DNA of 64,000 nucleotides from a virus. Below the pieces are notes generated by a model, which did no database searches, had not been told where the DNA came from, and saw only the letters and a program-made list of their open reading frames with translations. The position numbers were made by a program, and so were the translations under genes. Position 1 is the stretch's first letter. Every line of letters starts with the position of its first letter. Shown piece by piece: positions 44,831 through 54,422 of this stretch. The stretch covers positions 24,387-88,386 of the IMG/VR virus record IMGVR_UViG_3300026097_001139; one strand, given 5' to 3'.

Positions 44831-46763
44831 GTGGGTATTTTTCTTGCGGCCAATGATTAGTTTGATAGGCATAACCATTTTCAATTTGTGGAGTACATGT
44901 GATTTTGGTCTTGATTAGCCCTTGACGACGCAAGTGATACATGTCTAAACTAATTTTTTCCTGTAGATTTTCTGTTCTATCGCTGGTGTTGAGCTTTTCT
45001 TTGAGATTAGTTAGTGCACTTTCTTTGATACTTGGATGTGCTGTAATAACAGTGTGCACTGACTCGTAAAATTCCGGGTCAAACTCTGCTGTTATAGTTA
45101 AAGGATATGAATAAGATGGATCAAAGATTTTGGCTTTTTGCACTTCTAGTAGATTTGGATCCAGTCTTGGTACTAATTTTTTAGCTGTGTTCATAGCCAT
45201 TTTAAAGAACTTGTCTTTATTATTGTAGATAAATCCATAGCTCATGCTGTGAATACCGTGACCTTTTGCACCGCCTTTTAGTGTTTCATTTTCCAAAAGT
45301 TCACCGGTTTTCATATAATGATCTACAACATGGCGTAGACTGTAAAAATGCTTCATCACCCAATCTTGCGTTTGTATCTGAGCCCAGATATCATCATAGA
45401 ATGTTCTAAAATCTATATTGTGAATCTCTCGACAGTATCGTGCAATTACCTGAGTATACCCGGCTGCATGTAATTGAATTATCATCCAAGCATACATATA
45501 GGCATCGATTAATTCATCTCTGGACATTGTGTTAGTAGCAACCACAATTTCCATTTCTTCTTCAATTTCTCGCCAGTCGTCGGGGTGGTACAGTGGATAG
45601 TAATCTTTTACCACCTGTGTTTCGATGCCGTATTTTTGTCGATCTTCTTCAGTACCCAAAGCTGCACCTTTAAGTGTCTGTGCAAACCACATGTCAATAG
45701 CGTTGTGCTGTCCCATTTCTAGAATATCAGCCAAACCCTGCTTCCAACTTTCTAATGTCTCTAAAGGCAGTCCTAGAATAACCTCTGTATAAGTAGGCAC
45801 ACCGGTTCTATCACTGTGTTTCATAATATCGGTCATTTGGTTAATACGCATGTTATCACGCTTAATAGCTTTAAGTGTATCAGGATTCATACTTTGCATA
45901 CTCATTGTAATACCGCGCCCTAGATTGCCTAGTTTTTTTCCAATGTCATATACTACATCTGTGCTGTTTTTTGCGTATTGTAAATTAACAGCCTCTATCT
46001 TGCTTTGGCTAGCAACGTCAACAATGTGTTCTGCTATTTCAACATCTCGCTCTTTGAAAATACCAAAATTTGCATCAGCACAAATCAAATAGCTCACAGG
46101 TTTTCCGATAGCCCAATCTAGATCGGATTTAACTCTTTCTATAGGGAATACTTTGATTTTACTCATGGTCAGTCCTCCCCAGTCGCAGAATGTACAAGAA
46201 TACGGACAGCCTCTATTTGTTTCGAAAGTCATATTCCATTCAGCGCCAGGATTTTCTTCTATCATTTTATCAAACAATCCAATAGTGTAAGGACTAGGAA
46301 AATCAAGATCCTTGATACGTTCTGCTTTGTAAATTGCGTTTACTCGGCCTGTACTGTGGTAATCTTCCAGTAACTGTACAAAACTGACTTCACCTTCGCT
46401 AACGATTACTGAATCAATAAATGGATATTGAATTGGCATATTCACCGAAGACTGTGGTCCACCGAAAATTATTTTACAGTCAGGAAAAGCGTCTTTTACT
46501 GCCTTTGCAGTTGCCAAGCTCCACATTTCATTCCATACATAGCAACTAAAACAGGCAATAGCAGGATGATTCATCTTAGCAACTACCTGTTCCGGCGGTT
46601 CTCTCCGGAATCCTAATCCTGCAAGATTATAGTTATCATTGACAATGTCGAATTGTTGGGCATAAGACCATATACAACCAACACTGTACGGAATCCAATA
46701 AGCTGGTTTACCTCTGACACTTAGACTGTATTGCGCTTGATACAGGTAGATATTACGTTTCAT
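44814..46763 (-). CDS. B12-binding-domain radical SAM protein
   Basis: FSCYVWN, IIFGGPQ, SEGE, ETNRGCPYSCTFCDWG, DANFG, EVILGLPLET. Confidence 0.9.
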   Translation of the reverse strand: MKRNIYLYQAQYSLSVRGKPAYWIPYSVGCIWSYAQQFDIVNDNYNLAGLGFRREPPEQVVAKMNHPAIACFSCYVWNEMWSLATAKAVKDAFPDCKIIFGGPQSSVNMPIQYPFIDSVIVSEGEVSFVQLLEDYHSTGRVNAIYKAERIKDLDFPSPYTIGLFDKMIEENPGAEWNMTFETNRGCPYSCTFCDWGGLTMSKIKVFPIERVKSDLDWAIGKPVSYLICADANFGIFKERDVEIAEHIVDVASQSKIEAVNLQYAKNSTDVVYDIGKKLGNLGRGITMSMQSMNPDTLKAIKRDNMRINQMTDIMKHSDRTGVPTYTEVILGLPLETLESWKQGLADILEMGQHNAIDMWFAQTLKGAALGTEEDRQKYGIETQVVKDYYPLYHPDDWREIEEEMEIVVATNTMSRDELIDAYMYAWMIIQLHAAGYTQVIARYCREIHNIDFRTFYDDIWAQIQTQDWVMKHFYSLRHVVDHYMKTGELLENETLKGGAKGHGIHSMSYGFIYNNKDKFFKMAMNTAKKLVPRLDPNLLEVQKAKIFDPSYSYPLTITAEFDPEFYESVHTVITAHPSIKESALTNLKEKLNTSDRTENLQEKISLDMYHLRRQGLIKTKITCTPQIENGYAYQTNHWPQEKYPLDKIV

Positions 46764-46771
46764 TTATGACC

Positions 46772-47713
46772 TTATCTGTTGTTCCAGATATTTATGGTCA
46801 AATCTAATCCTTTGTCTAGGTCTACTTCTGGTTTCCATCCAGTGAACTTGTGTATCTTGTCGTATCCACTATTAAGCAAGAAGATCTCACCAGGTCTTGG
46901 TGGTTTCTCGTTCCACTTGATTGTGCCTTTCCAGTCTAACTTGCTAGCAATGGTTTGTGCGAGACTATCAATACTAAGAGCATTGGGCGGTCCAATAGTG
47001 AACAGTTCTGCTTTGTCTATGCTATCAACATTGTTAATCAAACTGATCCACATGTTGATCATATCATCGATGTATAAAAAATTACGCCATGGATGCTGAT
47101 AACCTAACTTGACTTCATCTGGGTTGTTTAACATTTGTGTAATGATTTGTTCTACTACAAAAAAATCATTGTCTTTGCGGCCATAGGTGTTGGTTTGTCG
47201 TACCATTGCGCTTGGTAGTCCAAAACTACGATGAGCATATTCAATGTATTTTTCGCAGGCATATTTGGCCACAGCATATGGTGCATTCGGATGCGGTTCT
47301 GTTGATTCGGTAAACACGGGCACTGAATTAGGAATACGCCCGTCTCTTACTGCGTCGGGGATACGTCTGTCTCTGATATCATCGCTTACTGGCTGCCAAC
47401 CATAAACTTCCATTGTACTGGCAAAGATGAAACATTTTAAGTTTTTTAGTTTTACAGCGGCATTCACTAGATTCACAGTGCCAACATAGTTGACCTGACT
47501 AAATGCAATCGGCTCATAAAAGCTTTTGCCAACTTCTGTTCGTGCACCAAGATGCACTATTACATCTGGATCTAGTGTGTATACTTCGTCACTGACATCC
47601 GCATAATCCAGTAGATCATTTTTAAGTTTGTATACAGTGTGTCCTTGTGCTTCCAGTTGCGGGCAGATATGCGACCCGATAAATCCTGAATGCCCGGTTA
47701 CAAGTATTTTCAT
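46772..47713 (-). CDS. NAD-dependent epimerase/dehydratase (extended SDR)
   Basis: TGHSGFIG, ASTMEVYG, PYAVAK (YxxxK), NTYG. Confidence 0.92.
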   Translation of the reverse strand: MKILVTGHSGFIGSHICPQLEAQGHTVYKLKNDLLDYADVSDEVYTLDPDVIVHLGARTEVGKSFYEPIAFSQVNYVGTVNLVNAAVKLKNLKCFIFASTMEVYGWQPVSDDIRDRRIPDAVRDGRIPNSVPVFTESTEPHPNAPYAVAKYACEKYIEYAHRSFGLPSAMVRQTNTYGRKDNDFFVVEQIITQMLNNPDEVKLGYQHPWRNFLYIDDMINMWISLINNVDSIDKAELFTIGPPNALSIDSLAQTIASKLDWKGTIKWNEKPPRPGEIFLLNSGYDKIHKFTGWKPEVDLDKGLDLTINIWNNR

Positions 47714-47714
47714 A

Positions 47715-48374
47715 TCACTCCATTATGGTTATTTGTCTGCAGTCTGGATATTTCTTCCAGTCTTCTTGTGTGTGTTTAAGATTGTTTGCTGCCAGTAAAT
47801 TTGCAGCATGTACAGCATCCTCGATACTGGGCTTGTAATGATAGCCAACAGAAATAGTTTTTTGCGATCCCCAGGGTTGGGACAGATTTCTGCCATCGTA
47901 TCTCTGTTTAACTATAGTTTCATAGGCACGTTTGTCATCTAGCAGTATTGCTCCGCCATGTCCTACTTCCAAGGGCTTGCCGTTGCCAAAGCTCAGACAC
48001 TGCATCATGCCGGTTCTATACATGCCTGGTTTGCACAGTCTAGCACTGTCCCAAATGCGTGTACGTCTGAAGTGATATTCTCCTGACCACTGTTGCAAAA
48101 CGTAGTTGTATTTTATATCTAGTTTGTGCATCAGCATAGGAACACTGATATACGTATAAGGAGTAAATTCTGTTTCTTGTACATTGTCATAGCGCAAACA
48201 CAGCTCAATAGCATGTGTGCAACAATCTGTCATAATAGCATACGGTGCACCAGTGTACTTGGCTAGTTGACATTCGAAAGCAAGTATACTGTCAAAGCTT
48301 GCATTAGATATGTTTGCAGGCGGTCTATTTTGAATGCCACTGCCAAGCGGTTTCAACCATAGTTTTGAGGTCAT
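47715..48374 (-). CDS. DegT/DnrJ/EryC1/StrS-family PLP aminotransferase (short form)
   Basis: FE..LA.YTGAPYA..TDCCTHAIELCL, WDSA, LSFGNGKPL..GHGGAIL. Confidence 0.82.
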   Translation of the reverse strand: MTSKLWLKPLGSGIQNRPPANISNASFDSILAFECQLAKYTGAPYAIMTDCCTHAIELCLRYDNVQETEFTPYTYISVPMLMHKLDIKYNYVLQQWSGEYHFRRTRIWDSARLCKPGMYRTGMMQCLSFGNGKPLEVGHGGAILLDDKRAYETIVKQRYDGRNLSQPWGSQKTISVGYHYKPSIEDAVHAANLLAANNLKHTQEDWKKYPDCRQITIME

Positions 48375-49251
48375 GTGTAGGTACCCAATCTGTTTTTGTT
48401 TCGAGCAGTGTGGTGTCAGCTTTTAATACATCAGGGTCGCCTGCTCGTCGCGGACCGTAAGAAATTTCTATAGTTCTATCTAGTACTGATTCAAATGCAC
48501 GTACAATGTCTAATACAGTGTAAGCATGAGGTCCGCCCACGTTGTATATACCAAAAGCTTGACTTTCTGCACATTTTCTTACTGCGCTGGCAACATCACA
48601 AACATGCACATAATCTCTGGTACAAGTACCGTCTTTGCCTCTGTAGTTGTTGCCGTTGATTTGCACAGGCTGATCGTTTTTTAATGCTCGTATAATGCTG
48701 GGTATAATGTGTGTTGCATCATCGGTCTGTCCGTGTCGTTGATCAAGGTCAGCTCCGCACACATTGAAAAATCTCAAACTGGTTGTTTTCATTCCATAAA
48801 TGTCAGAGTAGTCATGCAGTATTTGTTCAATCATCTGTTTGCTACGACCATATGGACTGATCGGATCAGCATTGCTTTGTTCAGTGAGCCATTCAGTGCT
48901 AGAGGGTTCGCCATATACTGCGGCACTGCTAGCAAAAATAAAGTGCGCATCTGGCACAGTATTGCGTATGTTTTCTAGAAATGTTATTGTTTTTGCAACA
49001 TTGTTATTGTAATAAGATCCTGGATCCTGCATGCTAGGACCCACCAAACTAGTTGCGGCACAGTGCACAATAATATCTGGTTTATCGCCTGACAAAAAGT
49101 AACTAACATCAGGCGATCCATAGTCTGACTTATAGCCGTGAACTTCCGATGTATCCAAGCCAACCGCGATGTAACCAGCGTCCTCGAACTCCAGGATGCA
49201 TTGGCCTCCGATGTAGCCACCTGCGCCGGTTATCCATACAGTTTTAGACAT
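48325..49251 (-). CDS. galE: UDP-glucose 4-epimerase
   Basis: TGAGGYIG, SLVGPS..DP..YY.NN, ASSAAVYG, PYGRSK, LRFFNVCGA, DGTCTRDYVHV. Confidence 0.9.
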   Translation of the reverse strand: MSKTVWITGAGGYIGGQCILEFEDAGYIAVGLDTSEVHGYKSDYGSPDVSYFLSGDKPDIIVHCAATSLVGPSMQDPGSYYNNNVAKTITFLENIRNTVPDAHFIFASSAAVYGEPSSTEWLTEQSNADPISPYGRSKQMIEQILHDYSDIYGMKTTSLRFFNVCGADLDQRHGQTDDATHIIPSIIRALKNDQPVQINGNNYRGKDGTCTRDYVHVCDVASAVRKCAESQAFGIYNVGGPHAYTVLDIVRAFESVLDRTIEISYGPRRAGDPDVLKADTTLLETKTDWVPTHDLKTMVETAWQWHSK

Positions 49252-49252
49252 A

Positions 49253-50455
49253 CTAGTCCTCGATTTTTACAACTTGGTATTTTGATCCAGCAACATGATC
49301 GCGGTATCTGTTCCCTGCGCGATTCCACTGTTCACCGTTGCCTGTAATAATGTCAATAATACGATCAATAGTTCCATTGTTCCAATCCGATATCAAGCCC
49401 ATGTTGTGATGTGCTGCAAACAGCATGTTTTGCACCTTGTGATATGCATCGTCAATGCTCCAAGGCACATACAATCGCTCTGGGTCATTGGAAAATGTTT
49501 CTGGGAAACTGCGATACGCTGGATAAACCACATTGCATCCAAGCGCATCTGCTTCACTAACAGTGTTGCTTACCCAATCCTGTAATGCGCAGTTGAACAA
49601 CACACGCGAATCATTTAGAATATCATAGTATTCATCTTTCTTGAGATTCTCGTAGATTGTCAACTTGCCTTCTGCTTCCAGTTGTCTTGCACGTTCGATA
49701 TAGCGTGGATTGTTGCTTCGTAGCTCTCCGCCCTGTAACACAGCAAACTCTACATCACGTGGCCCTTGGCTGTGGAACATTTCAATCAGATCCATGTAGA
49801 AGTCTGGTTGTTTTTCCTGATCAAACCGCGCAGCAAACACCACACGTTTTTTTCGTTGATCAAACGGAGCAACGGGCTTGCCCAGTCGTTCTTGTACTTC
49901 TGCCTTGCCAAATGCCAATCCTGATATGTTGTAAATAGGGGCAGTATACCCTGCGATGCGCATGTGGGCAACCATTTCTTCATTGGTAGCTAGAACATGC
50001 ATGCCCGGAATCTGGTTCACCATGCGTTCATATGTGCTCATCCATTCTGCCATGTTGCCCCATACATGAACAAAGTCATCAGGATCAATGGCCTGTGCTA
50101 GACAGCGTACATATATGCGTGGCCGATCTTGTTCTGGAATCTGATTGATAATGTAAGGCAAACTTTCAATACCAGGAGTAAACATGTCTTCAAAATAGAT
50201 CACGTCTTCTCCGCCACACTCACCGTTGCGCATCATCTGCACTAGATTCATCATCTGGCTCATTGAATAGTAACTGCGACCGTGGGCATCCAGTACCTGC
50301 CCTACAGAAATTGCTTTTGTGTCGTCAATGGTATCACCTGGCACGTAAACAACGTCTAACCCACGACGTTCAAATACTCTGCGGTTCCATTCTGTGAGTT
50401 GTAGGGTGTAACGGGCCTCATAGCTTTCGAGGCCCATGTAGAATAATTTACGCAT
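49253..50455 (-). CDS. GT-B fold glycosyltransferase
   Basis: VVFAARFDQEKQP, L.K.EYY..L..S.VLFN.ALQDWVSNTVSEADALGC. Confidence 0.85.
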   Translation of the reverse strand: MRKLFYMGLESYEARYTLQLTEWNRRVFERRGLDVVYVPGDTIDDTKAISVGQVLDAHGRSYYSMSQMMNLVQMMRNGECGGEDVIYFEDMFTPGIESLPYIINQIPEQDRPRIYVRCLAQAIDPDDFVHVWGNMAEWMSTYERMVNQIPGMHVLATNEEMVAHMRIAGYTAPIYNISGLAFGKAEVQERLGKPVAPFDQRKKRVVFAARFDQEKQPDFYMDLIEMFHSQGPRDVEFAVLQGGELRSNNPRYIERARQLEAEGKLTIYENLKKDEYYDILNDSRVLFNCALQDWVSNTVSEADALGCNVVYPAYRSFPETFSNDPERLYVPWSIDDAYHKVQNMLFAAHHNMGLISDWNNGTIDRIIDIITGNGEQWNRAGNRYRDHVAGSKYQVVKIED

Positions 50456-50458
50456 TGT

Positions 50459-50659
50459 TTACCTCGACGTGTCAAGGAACCACATGTCCTTGCAACGTTT
50501 TCCATTGATGTGTTTGTTGTACTGCTGCCATGCATAACTTTTCCAGTTATACAAGTCAGCTTCGTCGTAGCGATAGCCGAAAGTTCGGCAGAATTTTAAA
50601 TAGCTATCGAGGTCTTCCCAGACATCTCGAATCGCCGGAGCTCTTGATCTTTTAGCCAT
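50459..50659 (-). CDS. small conserved phage protein
   Basis: Likely start MAKRSR; VWEDLD.Y..FCR.FGY.YDEADLY. Confidence 0.75.
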   Translation of the reverse strand: MAKRSRAPAIRDVWEDLDSYLKFCRTFGYRYDEADLYNWKSYAWQQYNKHINGKRCKDMWFLDTSR

Positions 50660-51068
50660 GATCTTGGTCTCTTTGTTTTTGTTGATAGTTAATGAAGCAA
50701 CCATTTTCGTTATCCTCAGATACTTCGATCCATACAGTTCGGCCCGGATACTCACTGGCAATCTGCTCGTAGAGATCGTCGGCCATCATTTCGCAGCTTT
50801 TATAGTCTAATTCTAGCACTGCTGTGCTGCTTTCTACTTCTTCATATAGACGTTGACACCAGCGTTTGAATTGAATAAACTCAATGTCTCGGTCATTATG
50901 AAAAACTTCTATCCACACCCTAAAGTGGAAAATATGTCGATGCGGGTATCCTAAGAAACTGACATCGTCCCAGTCGCCTGTTGCTAGCTTTGGATCAGTG
51001 TCGGCGCCTGGATATCTGTGTATACCTTCTTTTTGGAAAGTAACCCAAATCATTCTATTATCTGTCAT
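50652..51068 (-). CDS. QueD-like T-fold protein, DpdL-like (putative CDG decarboxylase)
   Basis: EGIHRYP...FLGYPHRHIFHF (LxxxHRHxF)...DRDIEF...SCEM.A...VSEDNENG; start MTDNRM. Confidence 0.72.
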   Translation of the reverse strand: MTDNRMIWVTFQKEGIHRYPGADTDPKLATGDWDDVSFLGYPHRHIFHFRVWIEVFHNDRDIEFIQFKRWCQRLYEEVESSTAVLELDYKSCEMMADDLYEQIASEYPGRTVWIEVSEDNENGCFINYQQKQRDQDHG

Positions 51069-51069
51069 A

Positions 51070-52239
51070 TTAGTGCTCAAATAGTTCAGGGAAAGTTTGT
51101 GCGGCATTTGTGCCGCGACGGTTATCTAGTTGTTGTATTTGCGAATAAAATCCAATTCGAGGTTCGTTAACATAGTGCTTGTAAGGAGTGTTTAGCATTG
51201 CTTCGATTTCGTTCAAGTTATTAATGATACTAGGATATTTAAACCTGTCTTTCCACTCAGTAATTTTTTTCTTCGCATTATCCAAATGATCACCGGGTAG
51301 CTGGCGAGGATCGAGCCAACCTCCAGTGCCGCTGTTTACATACACAATGTTTATCATCATATCACGCTCAGGGTGGTTAATAAAATCTAGTTTACGTTCT
51401 GCCCACTCTAAAAACCGATCAAAATTATACATGTTCAGGGTATTGTATACACATTGGAAATGGTGAATGCTTAAAAGACGATTTTGATTTAACCAATCGA
51501 AATTTTCTTCGAATTTTTTCCAATTTCCCGGATAACGCATATAATTATATTGGTCTTCGACTGCTTCTGCACTAATCATAAATTTAACACGATCCATCTT
51601 TGTAAGCAACCGAAAAATTTTATTGTCAGTGTTCATCAAGTTGGTGTTTACCCAAACTTCGGCTGTTGGATTACGTTCTATCAACTGTTCTAACAACCAT
51701 TCGTTGTCTTTGATCATCAACGGTTCGCCACCTGCTAGATATACTCTCTGTAAATTTTCAATTTGATCGTTGATATAACTTTTTAGAGTGTCTAGTTGCA
51801 GTGTATCTATACGAGTTTGTTGATCTAATTCTTTAGCCCAGGTACTGCTACATTCAGGCCCGCAGTATACACAGGCAAGATTACATGTATTTCTCCATCG
51901 CAGATCGAGGTATTTTAGATTAAAGTTCTCGGGACTGTCGTATAATTTTTTATCAGTACTATCAAACCAATCCAGCATTGATTTTCGCAGTGTTGTAACA
52001 TCATTGGACACTGTACAATTTGTGCACCCAAATGGAAGTTTATTATTATACCGCATGTTGTGTTTGATTTCGACATTGTGGTCGCTGGCAATGATATCTT
52101 CAATATTTTCCTGCGGAGTATATCCAAGATTGCTATGACTAATGCAACAATGATCAATTCTTCCTGACGGATCAACGTACAGACTCACCCAAGGAGCTGG
52201 GCAAAATCCTTGATTATTCCGATATTCATGATTATTCAT
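51070..52239 (-). CDS. radical SAM protein with N-terminal twitch/SPASM-like domain
   Basis: FCPAPW...HCC...CTNC, then NTCNLACVYC, AGGEPL, NTN. Confidence 0.88.
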   Translation of the reverse strand: MNNHEYRNNQGFCPAPWVSLYVDPSGRIDHCCISHSNLGYTPQENIEDIIASDHNVEIKHNMRYNNKLPFGCTNCTVSNDVTTLRKSMLDWFDSTDKKLYDSPENFNLKYLDLRWRNTCNLACVYCGPECSSTWAKELDQQTRIDTLQLDTLKSYINDQIENLQRVYLAGGEPLMIKDNEWLLEQLIERNPTAEVWVNTNLMNTDNKIFRLLTKMDRVKFMISAEAVEDQYNYMRYPGNWKKFEENFDWLNQNRLLSIHHFQCVYNTLNMYNFDRFLEWAERKLDFINHPERDMMINIVYVNSGTGGWLDPRQLPGDHLDNAKKKITEWKDRFKYPSIINNLNEIEAMLNTPYKHYVNEPRIGFYSQIQQLDNRRGTNAAQTFPELFEH

Positions 52240-52741
52240 TTGTTAGTACACTATCATTGTCATATTTTTCCCAGTCTGTAAACACACGTCGGTCCATCAA
52301 TTCATGCACACTGTGTACCCATACGCCCGGATTGGATCCTTCGAATTCTCGGTCGTCTAACTTGAGACAAGCATTGTAGCCCAATTGGTTTATATAAGGC
52401 AGTTTTGCCGAAATCATTGCTATAAAGCGATGTTGTTCGGTAAACCCTGCTTCTAGTATCCATTCCACATGAGAAATATCAAAGTCTAGTGTAACCCAAA
52501 AGCCAAGGTCTAGTAGATTATCCACTAGAGTGTACCATTTTTCATCAGGAACAAAACTGCCATTGGCACCAAGATACACATGCTTGACATGATGAAATTC
52601 AATTTGGTCTAGTACTTCGCCAAATGGTCTGCACCCTACTACAAACAGTGTATTCATCTCGTATACTGGTGTATGCTCTACTTCTTTGCCTGTAAAGTAA
52701 TTTACATTCACATGACTTTCTCTGTTGTTAGTGGTCATCAA
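52232..52741 (-). CDS. conserved hypothetical protein within deazaguanine locus
   Basis: YFTG.EVEHTP...TLFVVG, HVYLGAN.SF, KLDD..F..SNPGVW.H. Confidence 0.8.
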   Translation of the reverse strand: MMTTNNRESHVNVNYFTGKEVEHTPVYEMNTLFVVGCRPFGEVLDQIEFHHVKHVYLGANGSFVPDEKWYTLVDNLLDLGFWVTLDFDISHVEWILEAGFTEQHRFIAMISAKLPYINQLGYNACLKLDDREFEGSNPGVWVHSVHELMDRRVFTDWEKYDNDSVLTNE

Positions 52742-52934
52742 ATTCTACCGTTTCGTGATCTTGTTCAAACTGCTTGCGCTTCCACATTTCAATTTCGTCT
52801 CGTAGCTGTAGCTTTTCCTTTTTCAGCTGATGCAATTCATAGTCGTCGTATACACCTGTGCTTTCTTTACCACGGATTTTTTTATCCAATTGATGATGTA
52901 ATTTTTCCAATTGTTCTATGCGTTTATGATACAT
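52728..52934 (-). CDS. DUF465/YdcH-like coiled-coil protein
   Basis: L...H..LD..I...LKKEKLQLRDEI; SD AAGGAG. Confidence 0.75.
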   Translation of the reverse strand: MYHKRIEQLEKLHHQLDKKIRGKESTGVYDDYELHQLKKEKLQLRDEIEMWKRKQFEQDHETVEFDDH

Positions 52935-52949
52935 CTTAACTTCTCCTTT

Positions 52950-52978
52950 AGTATAACAAAACTATTACGAAAAATCAA
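52950..52978 (-). promoter_or_regulatory. sigma70-type promoter
   Basis: TTGATT-17 nt-TATACT with extended -10 TG. Confidence 0.65.
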
Positions 52979-54422
52979 ACAAATTATTAAACTGGCGCTG
53001 AGCATTAACTGCTTTCTTTCCGCCCATGCCTCGTGCTCCTGAAATGCCCATCCAAAACTTGCTGTAATGATCTAAAATGTCCAGTCGTTCCTGATAGTCT
53101 GGTGTTGCAAACACTTGATTGATTATGTCACGTGATGTTGTACCGGAAAGATTATCTACCAGCATGCTTGGGTGCACACCGGCATCAAACTGTCTATTCG
53201 CCTGTTGTACAGCGTTTATATGGTGCCACACATTGTGTCCCATCATCAATGCGTAACTGAAGCTGTCCCAGGAAGTTTTTCCTTCCTTGCCAATCTTATT
53301 CACGTCGCCTGGTGCATATTTGCAAACGTCTTTTACCATGAGATTGGCACTGATTGGACTGTCGTCGAACACATTGTGAACGCCTTCTGCTAATACAGCA
53401 TCTCTAAAGCTTCTTGAGTCATTGGCTAATGCTTTGTTATCCACAGTTGCTTCCATCTTGTAACTCCACTTGCTGTGATGATCAGTTACAGTATTGGTAT
53501 AGATCTGCCCATTGGCTGTGGCAAGGAATGGACTTGCACAGTCAAATGAGATGGTAAAATTGGGATTGTGATGCTTGCGTACTGCACGTTGAATGTCAGT
53601 TAACAGCACTGCCCATTCCAGTTTGCTTGTGCCAAGAAAGTGCATCCAATCATGTTGTCCTTGTTCTAGCAAGCCGTCGTGTATGAGTGTAACAACACGT
53701 CTCAATGCCAGATGAGGATCAGCCATGTTAGCGCCTCCCATACTCCAGCCTCGGAAGAATTTTTCGTGGCGAGCTGGGTCACTGTAGTGCTTCATGAGAT
53801 CATACCAATCATCGGCTTCTTGATGATTGCCGCCCTGTAATACATTCAAAAATTTGGCTTTGCCTGACGAATGTTTCATAAAGTATTCGTGATTGTACTT
53901 GGTTGCTGTCACAGCATCCTGATAGCTGTGGATCCCGGACTTTTCTGCACATTCTGGTACGGTGTATGTCCAGGTTGGAATATCCAATGTCATTGAATAA
54001 TCACTTACATTGTCTAACCACTTGAGCACTGTGCTTCGGTATTTTTCTGCACGTTTACAGTTTGGGTTTGCCCATTCGCCTTCCCAGACACCTTTGGCAA
54101 TTTGAAATCCACCTGAGTCAGCAAGCAGTGTGGTATGATTGCCGCGTTCTCGAATCATTGCTTCTTTTGGACTGTGCTTGCTTAAATCCAAATTGGCATG
54201 CCCGGCACTGTACAGTCCCCAACGATATGTGAACAATCCTTTTTGATCATTGAAGAAGTTCATCATCTCCATGTCTTGTATGCTCTGCGGCATACGACTT
54301 TGTTCTACATATTCTTCATACTGCTGTCTGCCAATATAGTTGGCATAAAAGCTGCTGATTGCTGGCAGAAATACTGCATAATCGTTTTGCTTATTGGTTA
54401 AGTTATCTTGAAGATATTCCAT
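52965..54422 (-). CDS. dpdA: TGT-fold DNA-guanine transglycosylase (DpdA-like)
   Basis: LADSGGFQ, MTLDIP, NVLQG, GWSMGG, HFLGTS, SFDCASP; no Zn-binding CxCxxC of bacterial tRNA TGT; same locus as folE/queD/queE. Confidence 0.8.
   Translation of the reverse strand: MEYLQDNLTNKQNDYAVFLPAISSFYANYIGRQQYEEYVEQSRMPQSIQDMEMMNFFNDQKGLFTYRWGLYSAGHANLDLSKHSPKEAMIRERGNHTTLLADSGGFQIAKGVWEGEWANPNCKRAEKYRSTVLKWLDNVSDYSMTLDIPTWTYTVPECAEKSGIHSYQDAVTATKYNHEYFMKHSSGKAKFLNVLQGGNHQEADDWYDLMKHYSDPARHEKFFRGWSMGGANMADPHLALRRVVTLIHDGLLEQGQHDWMHFLGTSKLEWAVLLTDIQRAVRKHHNPNFTISFDCASPFLATANGQIYTNTVTDHHSKWSYKMEATVDNKALANDSRSFRDAVLAEGVHNVFDDSPISANLMVKDVCKYAPGDVNKIGKEGKTSWDSFSYALMMGHNVWHHINAVQQANRQFDAGVHPSMLVDNLSGTTSRDIINQVFATPDYQERLDILDHYSKFWMGISGARGMGGKKAVNAQRQFNNLFDFS

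Noticed and set aside
47324-47377. Short internal duplication RDRRIPDAV/RDGRIPNSV in the SDR epimerase
   Set aside because: In-frame, in a variable loop; probably neutral
52965-54422. Ordinary tRNA-guanine transglycosylase (tgt) for queuosine
   Set aside because: Lacks the Zn-binding motif, is longer than bacterial Tgt, has no queC/F/A partners in the window and sits among replication genes; a DNA-acting DpdA is more plausible, though tRNA activity is not formally excluded
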